Shown here piece after piece: positions 27,146 to 34,208 of a stretch of DNA of 64,000 bases. The stretch comes from Candidatus Omnitrophota bacterium. GTDB taxonomy: Bacteria > Omnitrophota > Gorgyraeia > Gygaellales > Profunditerraquicolaceae. Position numbers and translations under genes: made by a program. Where the stretch lies: positions 798,928 through 862,927 of the forward strand of contig JBAZUE010000001.1 in assembly GCA_041661605.1 (NCBI GenBank), written 5' to 3'. The notes under the pieces were generated by a model that saw only the letters and a list, made by a program, of their open reading frames with translations, was not told the DNA's origin and made no database searches. The number at the start of each line of letters is the position of its first letter. Within the stretch, counting starts at the first letter, position 1.

Positions 27146-28372
27146 TCATTCCAAAACTGTATACGCCCGTTCATGATGCTGGGTAAGGTCAAGCCCCATG
27201 CTTTCGTCTTTTTCACTTACACGCATCCTGAAAAACACATCAACAAGTTTATATATGATAAACGTAACTACAAATGTGTAAATTACCACAACTATGACCG
27301 CAAATGACTGAATGAAGAACTGTTTATAGTTGCCGTAAAATAAACCGTTAGCCCCTGAGTTATTGATTGCTTTTGAAGCGAATAACCCAGTCAACAATGT
27401 TCCCAATATTCCACCTACCCCATGCACGCCAAATGCGTCTAAAGAATCATCATATTTAAACTTAGGTTTAGTAATGCTGACAGCTATAAAACAAAGCACG
27501 CTTGCTGATACACCTATAATAATTGCCGACATAACGCTTACAAACCCCGAAGCAGGAGTAACAGTGGCAAGCCCGGCGATAGAACCGGTTACCATGCCAA
27601 AAACCGTAGGCTTACCGTTACGTATCCATTCTAAGAGCGCCCAGCTTAAACCCGCCGCAGCCGCAGCCGCGTTAGTCGCCACAAAAGCGTTAACAGCCAG
27701 GCCGTTTGCCGCCAAAGCGCTGCCGGCATTAAATCCAAACCAGCCAAACCAAAGTAAAGCGGTTCCCAAAACCACAAAAGGCAGATTATGCGGAGATGGG
27801 GTATGCTCCAGGTTCTTTCTCTTCCCCATAAAAATCGTAGTAACTAAAGCGGCGATACCCGCGCTGGTATGCACAACTATGCCTCCTGCGAAATCAAGGA
27901 CGCCTAAATTTTTAAGCCACCCTCCTTGTCCCCAAACCCAGTGGCAAATAGGATCATATACAAAAGTTGCCCAGAGCAGGATAAAAGCCAAAAACGCCGA
28001 GAACCTCATCCTTTCGGCAAAGGCGCCGATAATCAAAGCCGGGGTAATAACGGCAAACATCATCTGGAAAATCATAAAAGCCTGATGAGGTATAGTTGCA
28101 GAATACGCGGCATAAGGTTCTAATCCTACTCCGGCCAAACCCGCCCATTTAAAACCTCCCCAAAATATATTTCCCGGAGCAAAAGAAAGGCTATAACCAA
28201 AAAACATCCAATGCAAAGATAATAAACATAACGCGATAAAACATTGCATCAAAACACTCAAGACATTTTTGCGCCTGACCATGCCGCCGTAGAAAAAAGC
28301 AAGTCCGGGAGTCATTAGCATAACTAAAGCTGTAGAAAATAAAATGAAGACCGTATCTGCCCCATTAATCAT
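27146..28372 (-). CDS. amt: ammonium transporter (Amt family)
   Basis: 408 aa with 11 TM helices. Conserved DFAGGIVVH, the GWFGFNAGS signature and LDAFGVHGVGG (twin-His). Confidence 0.93.
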   Translation of the reverse strand: MINGADTVFILFSTALVMLMTPGLAFFYGGMVRRKNVLSVLMQCFIALCLLSLHWMFFGYSLSFAPGNIFWGGFKWAGLAGVGLEPYAAYSATIPHQAFMIFQMMFAVITPALIIGAFAERMRFSAFLAFILLWATFVYDPICHWVWGQGGWLKNLGVLDFAGGIVVHTSAGIAALVTTIFMGKRKNLEHTPSPHNLPFVVLGTALLWFGWFGFNAGSALAANGLAVNAFVATNAAAAAAGLSWALLEWIRNGKPTVFGMVTGSIAGLATVTPASGFVSVMSAIIIGVSASVLCFIAVSITKPKFKYDDSLDAFGVHGVGGILGTLLTGLFASKAINNSGANGLFYGNYKQFFIQSFAVIVVVIYTFVVTFIIYKLVDVFFRMRVSEKDESMGLDLTQHHERAYTVLE

Positions 28373-28388
28373 AAATCCTCCTGAATTT

Positions 28389-28420
28389 ATTTACACAACT
28401 GGTTAACCAATTGTGTAAAT
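28389..28420. promoter_or_regulatory. 32-bp near-perfect palindrome immediately upstream of the amt (27146-28372) RBS
   Basis: atttacacaaCtggttaaccaAttgtgtaaat, with 15 of 16 symmetric pairs. The right half, ttaaccaattgtgtaaa, recurs at 30205-30221 upstream of the second amt. Confidence 0.55.
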
Positions 28421-28424
28421 ACCG

Positions 28425-28474
28425 GATAAAAGAAAAGGCGCTCATAACAGCCTTTTAAGCTGCTATGAGCGCCT
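28425..28474 (-). terminator. intrinsic-terminator hairpin in the glnK2-amt1 intergenic leader
   Basis: Perfect 11-bp stem aggcgctcata / tatgagcgcct (28436-28446 / 28464-28474), followed on the minus strand by TTTTCTTTT. Confidence 0.65.
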
Positions 28475-28520
28475 ACAGTGCGCTATATAACTATAAACAC
28501 TACCTTGTGCCTAAGCTTAC

Positions 28521-28554
28521 TAATACAAGTAAGAGAGAAGCTAACCTGGTAACC
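28521..28554 (-). promoter_or_regulatory. conserved 34-nt bipartite box, copy 2 (upstream of amt-glnK)
   Basis: Plus strand TAATACAAGTAAG-N13-TGGTAACC, 149 nt from the amt ATG. Confidence 0.6.
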
Positions 28555-28564
28555 ATTAATTTAA

Positions 28565-28906
28565 TTACCCGATAGCTACCTGGCCGCGCTCTTCGGTCCT
28601 GATACGCACGCATTCTTCCAATTCAAGGACAAAAATCTTGCCATCTCCCGTCTCACCGGTTTTAGCGCCCTTGACAATCGCTTTGATAGCCGATTCAAGA
28701 TAATTGTCATTTACGGCAATCTCCAGGCGCATTTTACGCAAAAGATTACCTGTCTCCTTAGCCCCGCGGTAAACTTCTGTAACCCCCATCTGGCGGCCGT
28801 GGCCGAGGACCTCGCTTACGGTAATCAGGTTGATTTCTGATTTATAGAGCTCTTCTTTTACCTCTTCCAATTTGTAAGGCTGAATTATCGCAATGACTAA
28901 TTTCAT
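28565..28906 (-). CDS. glnK: P-II nitrogen regulatory protein
   Basis: 113 aa, a near-duplicate of the 26791-27132 product. Confidence 0.92.
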   Translation of the reverse strand: MKLVIAIIQPYKLEEVKEELYKSEINLITVSEVLGHGRQMGVTEVYRGAKETGNLLRKMRLEIAVNDNYLESAIKAIVKGAKTGETGDGKIFVLELEECVRIRTEERGQVAIG

Positions 28907-28938
28907 AAAACCCTCCCCTTAGTTTTGGATACCGGTTC

Positions 28939-30168
28939 TCATTCTAAAACAGTATACGCCCGTTCATGGTGCTGGGTAAGGTCAAGCCCCATAGCTTCAG
29001 ATTTCTCATCTACCCTTACGCCAATAAATAGATCAACTAACTTATAAATAATAAGCGTCACCACTGCCGTATAAACAATTGTTACCCCCACTGCTGCCAG
29101 TTGAACTAAGAATTGTTTAGGATTTCCGAAAAACAGGCCGTCAGCTCCCGCAGAGTTAACCAGCTTAGAAGCAAACAGTCCAGTAGCCAAAGCTCCCCAG
29201 ATCCCACCCACGCAATGCACTCCAAAAGCATCCAGGGAATCGTCATAACCAAATAACGGCTTAATCACAGTCACGGCAATAAAACACAATACGCTTACCA
29301 ATATGCCAATGATGATCGCCGGAATCACGCTGACAAAACCTGCCGCAGGAGTAATGGCGACTAAACCCGCCACAGCCCCGGAACATACGCCAAAGATCGT
29401 TGGCTTGCCGTTACGCAACCATTCAATCAAGGCCCAGCTCAAACCCGCCGCAGCCGCAGCTGTATTAGTTACCACAAAAGCATTCACAGCCAGGCCGTTT
29501 GCGGCCAAAGCGCTGCCGGCATTAAATCCAAACCAGCCAAACCATAATAACCCCGTGCCCAAAACCACAAAAGGCATATTATGCGGAGTAGGGACATTTT
29601 TATCAAGATTAGAGCGTTTACCCAAAACTATAGCCGTAACCAAAGCTGCTATCCCGGCGTTAATATGCACAACCGTGCCTCCGGCAAAATCAAGCGCGCC
29701 TATATTCCTTAACCAGCCGCCCATACCCCAAACCCAGTGGCATAACGGATCATATACAAATGTCGCCCAAAGTAAAGTAAAAACCAAAAACGCGGAGAAC
29801 TTCATTCTTTCGGCAAAAGCTCCAATGATCAAGGCAGGCGTGATAATTGCAAACATCATCTGGAAAACCATAAACGCCTGATGCGGGATTGTTCCGGCAT
29901 AGTCGGCGTATGGCTCTAAGCCTACGCCATTTAACCCCAACCATTGTAAACCGCCCCAGAATCCTTTAGATGGAGCAAATGACAGGCTATAGCCGATTAA
30001 CACCCACTGGATGCTTAAAACACATACAATAATGAAACATTGCATCAAAACACTTAAGACATTTTTCCGCCTGACCATGCCTCCGTAAAAGAAAGCCAAG
30101 GCCGGAGTCATCAGCAATACGAGTGCCGATGACATTAAAACCCACGCTGTATCTCCCGCATTAATCAT
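28939..30168 (-). CDS. amt: ammonium transporter (Amt family)
   Basis: 409 aa, a close paralogue of 27146-28372 with the same signature blocks. Confidence 0.93.
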   Translation of the reverse strand: MINAGDTAWVLMSSALVLLMTPALAFFYGGMVRRKNVLSVLMQCFIIVCVLSIQWVLIGYSLSFAPSKGFWGGLQWLGLNGVGLEPYADYAGTIPHQAFMVFQMMFAIITPALIIGAFAERMKFSAFLVFTLLWATFVYDPLCHWVWGMGGWLRNIGALDFAGGTVVHINAGIAALVTAIVLGKRSNLDKNVPTPHNMPFVVLGTGLLWFGWFGFNAGSALAANGLAVNAFVVTNTAAAAAGLSWALIEWLRNGKPTIFGVCSGAVAGLVAITPAAGFVSVIPAIIIGILVSVLCFIAVTVIKPLFGYDDSLDAFGVHCVGGIWGALATGLFASKLVNSAGADGLFFGNPKQFLVQLAAVGVTIVYTAVVTLIIYKLVDLFIGVRVDEKSEAMGLDLTQHHERAYTVLE

Positions 30169-30259
30169 TACCTTCCTCCTTTTTTTGTTAAAAGATACTC
30201 TTGATTAACCAATTGTGTAAAATCAAACTAAAAAAAGCCTGTCTTTCTCCTTCAAGCCC

Positions 30260-30439
30260 TTAATCTATGTTCAATTTTTCTTTAACCAACCGCGCGTAAA
30301 CCTTGTTTATCCGTCTTGTCTGCAGCCATCTCTCTATGGTAGTAATTTGAATATCTAGTTTCTTAGACAAATCATACAGGGTATAACCATTTTCCTCTTT
30401 TAACCGCAGTATTTTCCGGATTAATTCATTATCTATCAT
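30260..30439 (-). CDS. small helix-turn-helix protein (59 aa), not in the supplied ORF track
   Basis: My minus-strand translation is MIDNELIRKILRLKEENGYTLYDLSKKLDIQITTIERWLQTRRINKVYARLVKEKLNID*. GYTLYDLSKKLDIQITTIERWL is HTH-like. The ATG lies 6 nt after the glnK3 stop. No obvious SD. Confidence 0.5.
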   Translation of the reverse strand: MIDNELIRKILRLKEENGYTLYDLSKKLDIQITTIERWLQTRRINKVYARLVKEKLNID

Positions 30440-30445
30440 ATAATC

Positions 30446-30784
30446 TTATACAGCTATATCACCCTGTTCTCCTGTACGTATGCGTACAACGCCTTCTATA
30501 TCAGAGATAAAAATCTTACCGTCCCCTATTTCTCCTGTATAAGCAGCCTCTCTTATTGCCTTAACTGTTTTTTCAAGATCCTGGTCCTTCACTACAACTT
30601 CAATTTTTGTCTTCGGAAGCAATGCTAGCTTATATTCTTTTCCACGCCACTGCTGTTTCAAACCCTTCTGCTTACCATGCCCTTCAATTTCGGTAATCAT
30701 CATTCCAGGATAACCTACTTTTTCAAATGCGCTACATACCGCATCAAGCTTTGTCGGCCGGATTATCGCTTCTATCTTTTTCAT
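30446..30784 (-). CDS. glnK: P-II nitrogen regulatory protein (retains Tyr51)
   Basis: 112 aa. MKKIEAIIRPTKLDAV ... GHGKQKGLKQQWRGKEYKL ... GDGKIFI. Confidence 0.92.
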   Translation of the reverse strand: MKKIEAIIRPTKLDAVCSAFEKVGYPGMMITEIEGHGKQKGLKQQWRGKEYKLALLPKTKIEVVVKDQDLEKTVKAIREAAYTGEIGDGKIFISDIEGVVRIRTGEQGDIAV

Positions 30785-30807
30785 TTTAAATTCCTTTCTT
30801 TTTAATC

Positions 30808-30837
30808 GGCGCCTCCGGGTTGCCTGCCGGAGACGCC
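30808..30837 (-). other. GC-rich intercistronic hairpin between amt3 and glnK3
   Basis: ggcgcctccgg-gttgcctg-ccggagacgcc, 11 bp with one mismatch. No U-tract follows on the minus strand. Confidence 0.5.
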
Positions 30838-30847
30838 AGTTAATTAG

Positions 30848-32419
30848 TTATTTAGAAATAGGGGTCTCAGAATTCCTGTCAAGTTTTACCCCCGCATAGC
30901 CCACAACTCCCATCTCAGGAACATCCAGCCCGTATATTTCTGCTTCAGGATCTGGCCTACTGCCGCAAACTACATCAATTAATTTGAAAATTATAAACGA
31001 GATTATCCCTACATAAATAATATTGGAGAACACACCTATGCATTGAGCAAAGAATTGCGAGGCATCGCCGTAGAACAAACCTTTTACAGTGCCGGCAACA
31101 CCATTCCACCCATCACCATAGGAGCCATCCGCAAATAACCCTAAGGCTAAACATCCGAAAGCGCCATTAACTCCATGTACGGATATAGCGCCTACCGGAT
31201 CATCCAGTTTAAGTTTTCCTTCGACAAAATATACAGATTCAACTACTAATACTCCGGAGATCAAACCGATAATGCAGGCGCTGATAGAATTAACAAATGC
31301 ACAAGGCGCGGTAATCGCTACAAGGCCCGCTAGCATGCCATTACACATCATACTTGGATCGGGTTTCTTGGTACGCACCAACCACATCCATAAGGTAGCT
31401 GCCATTGCTCCCGTAGCAGAAGCCAGCATTGTATTAACCGCAACTATTCCGATACGCAAATCAGTACCGGCTAAGGTTGAACCGGCATTAAAACCAAACC
31501 ACCCGAAAGCCAGGATAAATGTACCAACAACTGCCATGGGAATATTATGCCCAGGTATAGGATTAGCGCTGCCGTCCTTATTAAATTTGCCTATACGTGG
31601 CCCTACAATCCAGGCACCGATCAAAGCGATCACGCCTCCCGTGAGATGGACTACAGAGGAACCGGCAAAATCCACATGACCATGCCCCAACTGAAAATTC
31701 TGCCCTAACATTGCCAACCATCCGCCGCCCCATACCCAGTTACCGAATATCGGATAAATTATCGTCCCTACAAAAACTCCGTAAATGCAGAAAGAAAGGA
31801 ATTTCCATCTTTCAGCTAACGCACCGGTAGGAATTGTCGCTGTCGTATCCATAAATACCATTTGAAATAGAAAAAGCACATACACAGCAACATCGTAGGA
31901 AGAACCTTGAAGAAAAAACCCATTTAACCCGAATAAACCAAAAGGCTTTCCGAATAAATTAATTGTAAATTCATGATTCAAACCCCCATAGCCCCCCAAA
32001 GTACCCAGGGCGCCTATGCCACCAAACATTAAAGCAAAACCACAGACATAGAAACCAAGCATACCTAAAGGATAAATCAAGAAATTCATACCCATAGTAT
32101 GGGCGACATTCTTGGCGCGGGTCAGGCCTGTTTCTACCATAGCAAATCCCGGTTGCATAAACATTACCAAAAATCCCGCAACAAGTGTCCAAACAAAGTT
32201 AATTGCCACCTTATTATGCCCAACAGTATTAGCTAATTCATCCAAAGTAGGCTTACCTGCTACAGCCGCAGACACATCACTGGCTGTTCCGGTAGCTGCT
32301 CCGCTGGCATCAGGGCCACCGGCAAAAAGGGATACTACCGATAAGGCAAAAAATACAAACATCATGCATAAAATTATCAAACTATTCTTTTTTAAAAACT
32401 GTCTCATCGTTATTTTCAT
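30848..32419 (-). CDS. amt: ammonium transporter (Amt family) with signal peptide and a long N-terminal extension
   Basis: 523 aa. Has DFAGSSVVH, GWFGFNAGS and ISVHGVNGAFG. It is divergent from the other two copies. Confidence 0.9.
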   Translation of the reverse strand: MKITMRQFLKKNSLIILCMMFVFFALSVVSLFAGGPDASGAATGTASDVSAAVAGKPTLDELANTVGHNKVAINFVWTLVAGFLVMFMQPGFAMVETGLTRAKNVAHTMGMNFLIYPLGMLGFYVCGFALMFGGIGALGTLGGYGGLNHEFTINLFGKPFGLFGLNGFFLQGSSYDVAVYVLFLFQMVFMDTTATIPTGALAERWKFLSFCIYGVFVGTIIYPIFGNWVWGGGWLAMLGQNFQLGHGHVDFAGSSVVHLTGGVIALIGAWIVGPRIGKFNKDGSANPIPGHNIPMAVVGTFILAFGWFGFNAGSTLAGTDLRIGIVAVNTMLASATGAMAATLWMWLVRTKKPDPSMMCNGMLAGLVAITAPCAFVNSISACIIGLISGVLVVESVYFVEGKLKLDDPVGAISVHGVNGAFGCLALGLFADGSYGDGWNGVAGTVKGLFYGDASQFFAQCIGVFSNIIYVGIISFIIFKLIDVVCGSRPDPEAEIYGLDVPEMGVVGYAGVKLDRNSETPISK

Positions 32420-32442
32420 TAAGAGCTCCTTTGATTACCCTG

Positions 32443-33246
32443 TCAAAAGTTAATATCCAGTTGGAAGGTAATCGTATCAGTAAGATTGCGATTATTATAA
32501 ATATCATAAGCAAGTATTGCCGAAATATCCTTGGTAAAACTCCAGGCAAAACCTGCATTCAAAGCGCCATAGGAAGACTGCGTACCCTGATAATCAACGC
32601 ACAGCCACAATTTATCGCTAATCTCTGTCATTGTGCGCTCCCAGGCTACCATTGGACCAGCATTATCCCGCAAACCTTGCTTATCTCTAAGCAACCTTCC
32701 GTTACCCACAAAATAACCGCCCGAAACTCTTCCCAGATTAACCTTACCTACATTAACTGTTTTGGCAATCCTGCCATACCAAACATTATTATTGGTTCTA
32801 TTGGCCCTTGTGCCCATATCGTATGAGCCAACTGCAATAGCGGGCATATCTTTAAAATAAGCGCCCTCAGGTACTCCTAACTTAAAATGAAAATACCAGG
32901 GAGTCGAATCATAAAATGATCCTAAGCCTTTTTTATAATCAAATCCTGTTTCAGCCATAATCTTGCCTAATGGATACCATAATTTACCAAGCAGATTCTC
33001 CTCCTGTTTATCAGATAAAAGACTAAAAGTCGGGCCCCAAACCTGCAAAACATAGTTATGCTGATCATAATTATCAGCATTGGTACCTTTGCTGGTTGTA
33101 GGAGCATAAATATCGTATCCTATATGGATCTTCTTATAGGGCTGGATATCGGTAGACGGAGCCCAAATAAGCGTTGAAGGGGTGGCATATACATTAGATA
33201 AAACAAAAGTAAAGAAAACCGCTAAAATCAATCTAATTCGCTTCAC
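32443..33246 (-). CDS. putative outer-membrane beta-barrel (porin-like) protein
   Basis: I chose the GTG start at 33246 (AAGGAGAG upstream), which gives the signal peptide (M)KRIRLILAVFFTFVLSNVYA. The sequence has alternating beta-strand character and ends in the C-terminal F of LDINF. Its stop is 23 nt upstream of the amt3 start. Confidence 0.45.
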   Translation of the reverse strand: MKRIRLILAVFFTFVLSNVYATPSTLIWAPSTDIQPYKKIHIGYDIYAPTTSKGTNADNYDQHNYVLQVWGPTFSLLSDKQEENLLGKLWYPLGKIMAETGFDYKKGLGSFYDSTPWYFHFKLGVPEGAYFKDMPAIAVGSYDMGTRANRTNNNVWYGRIAKTVNVGKVNLGRVSGGYFVGNGRLLRDKQGLRDNAGPMVAWERTMTEISDKLWLCVDYQGTQSSYGALNAGFAWSFTKDISAILAYDIYNNRNLTDTITFQLDINF

Positions 33247-33260
33247 TGTCTCTCTCCTTC

Positions 33261-33318
33261 CCAATAAAAAAGCGTCTTTTAGAATCCATCTTGGATTAAG
33301 AAAGACGCCTGCGTCTTT
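33261..33318 (-). promoter_or_regulatory. candidate terminator/antiterminator element in the OMP-amt3 leader
   Basis: On the minus strand AAAGACGC (33318-33311), GCGTCTTT (33308-33301) and AAAGACGC (33279-33272), followed by TTTTTT. The middle segment can pair with either flank. Confidence 0.45.
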
Positions 33319-33320
33319 TG

Positions 33321-33354
33321 AAAACAAAAAAAGCGTTCTATTCTTATAGAACGC
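33321..33354 (-). terminator. intrinsic-terminator hairpin downstream of the sigma gene, in the OMP-amt3 leader
   Basis: 9-bp stem gcgttctat / atagaacgc (33333-33341 / 33346-33354), followed on the minus strand by TTTTTTTGTTTT. Confidence 0.65.
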
Positions 33355-33390
33355 CTATGTTTAATTCTTACACTTCAATGTGCCCTACAT

Positions 33391-33424
33391 TAATACAAGT
33401 AAAGAATGCTTGAAACTGGTAACT
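33391..33424 (-). promoter_or_regulatory. conserved 34-nt bipartite box, copy 3 (upstream of OMP-amt-glnK)
   Basis: Plus strand TAATACAAGTAAA-N13-TGGTAACT. It overlaps the sigma-gene stop codon and lies 145 nt from the GTG at 33246. Confidence 0.55.
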
Positions 33425-33947
33425 AAATCTTATCCAGGTGCTTTTGAGACTTGGCCCTGATCTTGCGCATCATCTTTACTACGCTGACATGGGATACACT
33501 CATACGCCTGCCTATATCCCTGGTAGTCAACCCCTGGCTGAAATAAGTAAGCAGCCTTTTTTCTCTTGGATTAAAACCATTATCCCTGATGCTTTGAGCT
33601 AAAAGTTTATTATGCAAATCCTGCCGGCAATCCGGGCAAGCCCAATATTCACCAAGGACATCCTCCATAGTTGCCTCATCATCAGTATTCAAGGCAGCAT
33701 CCATACTGATAATATTTGAACGCTCATTAATTTTGCGTATATAGTTCTTCAGGTGGAAATAACATCCTTGCAAAATATAGCTGTCTGTTTTATCGCCAAG
33801 CTTACCCTCCAAGAAACTGCTCCAAAGATGGATTGTCGCCTCTTGATATAGATCATCATGATTAAACGACCGGTAATGCCCGTTTAGCCGGTAAGCAATC
33901 CTTTTTATGGTTGGCGATAACTTTTGGTACAACTCTTCAAAACACAT
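33423..33947 (-). CDS. sigma-70 family RNA polymerase sigma factor (small, ECF-like, regions 2 and 4 only)
   Basis: 174 aa. The region-2-like segment is DDLYQEATIHLW...YILQGCYFHLKNYIRK. The region-4 HTH is REKRLLTYFSQGLTTRDIGRRMSVSHVSVVKMMRKIRAK. Confidence 0.7.
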   Translation of the reverse strand: MCFEELYQKLSPTIKRIAYRLNGHYRSFNHDDLYQEATIHLWSSFLEGKLGDKTDSYILQGCYFHLKNYIRKINERSNIISMDAALNTDDEATMEDVLGEYWACPDCRQDLHNKLLAQSIRDNGFNPREKRLLTYFSQGLTTRDIGRRMSVSHVSVVKMMRKIRAKSQKHLDKI

Positions 33948-34009
33948 GTTCTAACCCTCATGTTACCCCACGCTAATAGGTATTGCGTGGGTATCCGCCA
34001 AGTGGGCGG

Positions 34010-34054
34010 AAAAAGAAAAACGTCCCTGCCCTGTTTTTCAAGGGCTAAGGACGT
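34010..34054 (-). terminator. terminator-like hairpin 2 in the sigma-gene leader
   Basis: acgtcc..gccct / agggc..ggacgt, followed on the minus strand by TTTTTCTTTTT. Confidence 0.5.
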
Positions 34055-34070
34055 CTTAGTCCGGTAAAAC

Positions 34071-34105
34071 AAAAAAAATCTTCTAACGAAAATTCCGCCA
34101 GAAGA
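34071..34105 (-). terminator. terminator-like hairpin 1 in the sigma-gene leader
   Basis: On the minus strand tcttct-N15-agaaga followed by eight T. The stem is weak and the U-tract strong. Confidence 0.4.
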
Positions 34106-34142
34106 CTTCAATGTCTTATGTTACAGCGCTGTATACATTTAA

Positions 34143-34170
34143 AATATACCATATCCCCTGAAATTGTCAA
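34143..34170 (-). promoter_or_regulatory. sigma70-like promoter of the sigma-factor gene
   Basis: On the minus strand TTGACA-N16-TATATT. The perfect 12-bp palindrome TACAGCGCTGTA (34122-34133) lies just downstream of the predicted start. Confidence 0.55.
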
Positions 34171-34208
34171 TATTATTTTTCGCTTTTGCTCCGGCAAAAT
34201 AATGATTA

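Noticed and set aside
27133-27216. The 28-aa N-terminal extension of the glnK1 track ORF (MKKTKAWGLTLPS...).
   Set aside because: It overlaps the 3-prime end of amt1. The paralogue at 28565-28906 starts at the internal MKL(V/I)IAIIQPYK. P-II proteins are ~112 aa.
27363-28085. Long plus-strand ORFs antisense to the three amt genes: 27363-28085 (240 aa), 29303-29881 (192 aa) and 31272-31679 (135 aa).
   Set aside because: They lie opposite ORFs with unmistakable Amt signatures. They are Ala/Pro/Lys-rich and low in complexity. They are conserved between the paralogues only because the sense strand is conserved. These are shadow ORFs.
33905-34111. 68-aa minus-strand ORF in the sigma-factor leader.
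   Set aside because: It overlaps the sigma-gene start, runs through two terminator-like hairpins and has no RBS. A structured untranslated leader explains the region better.
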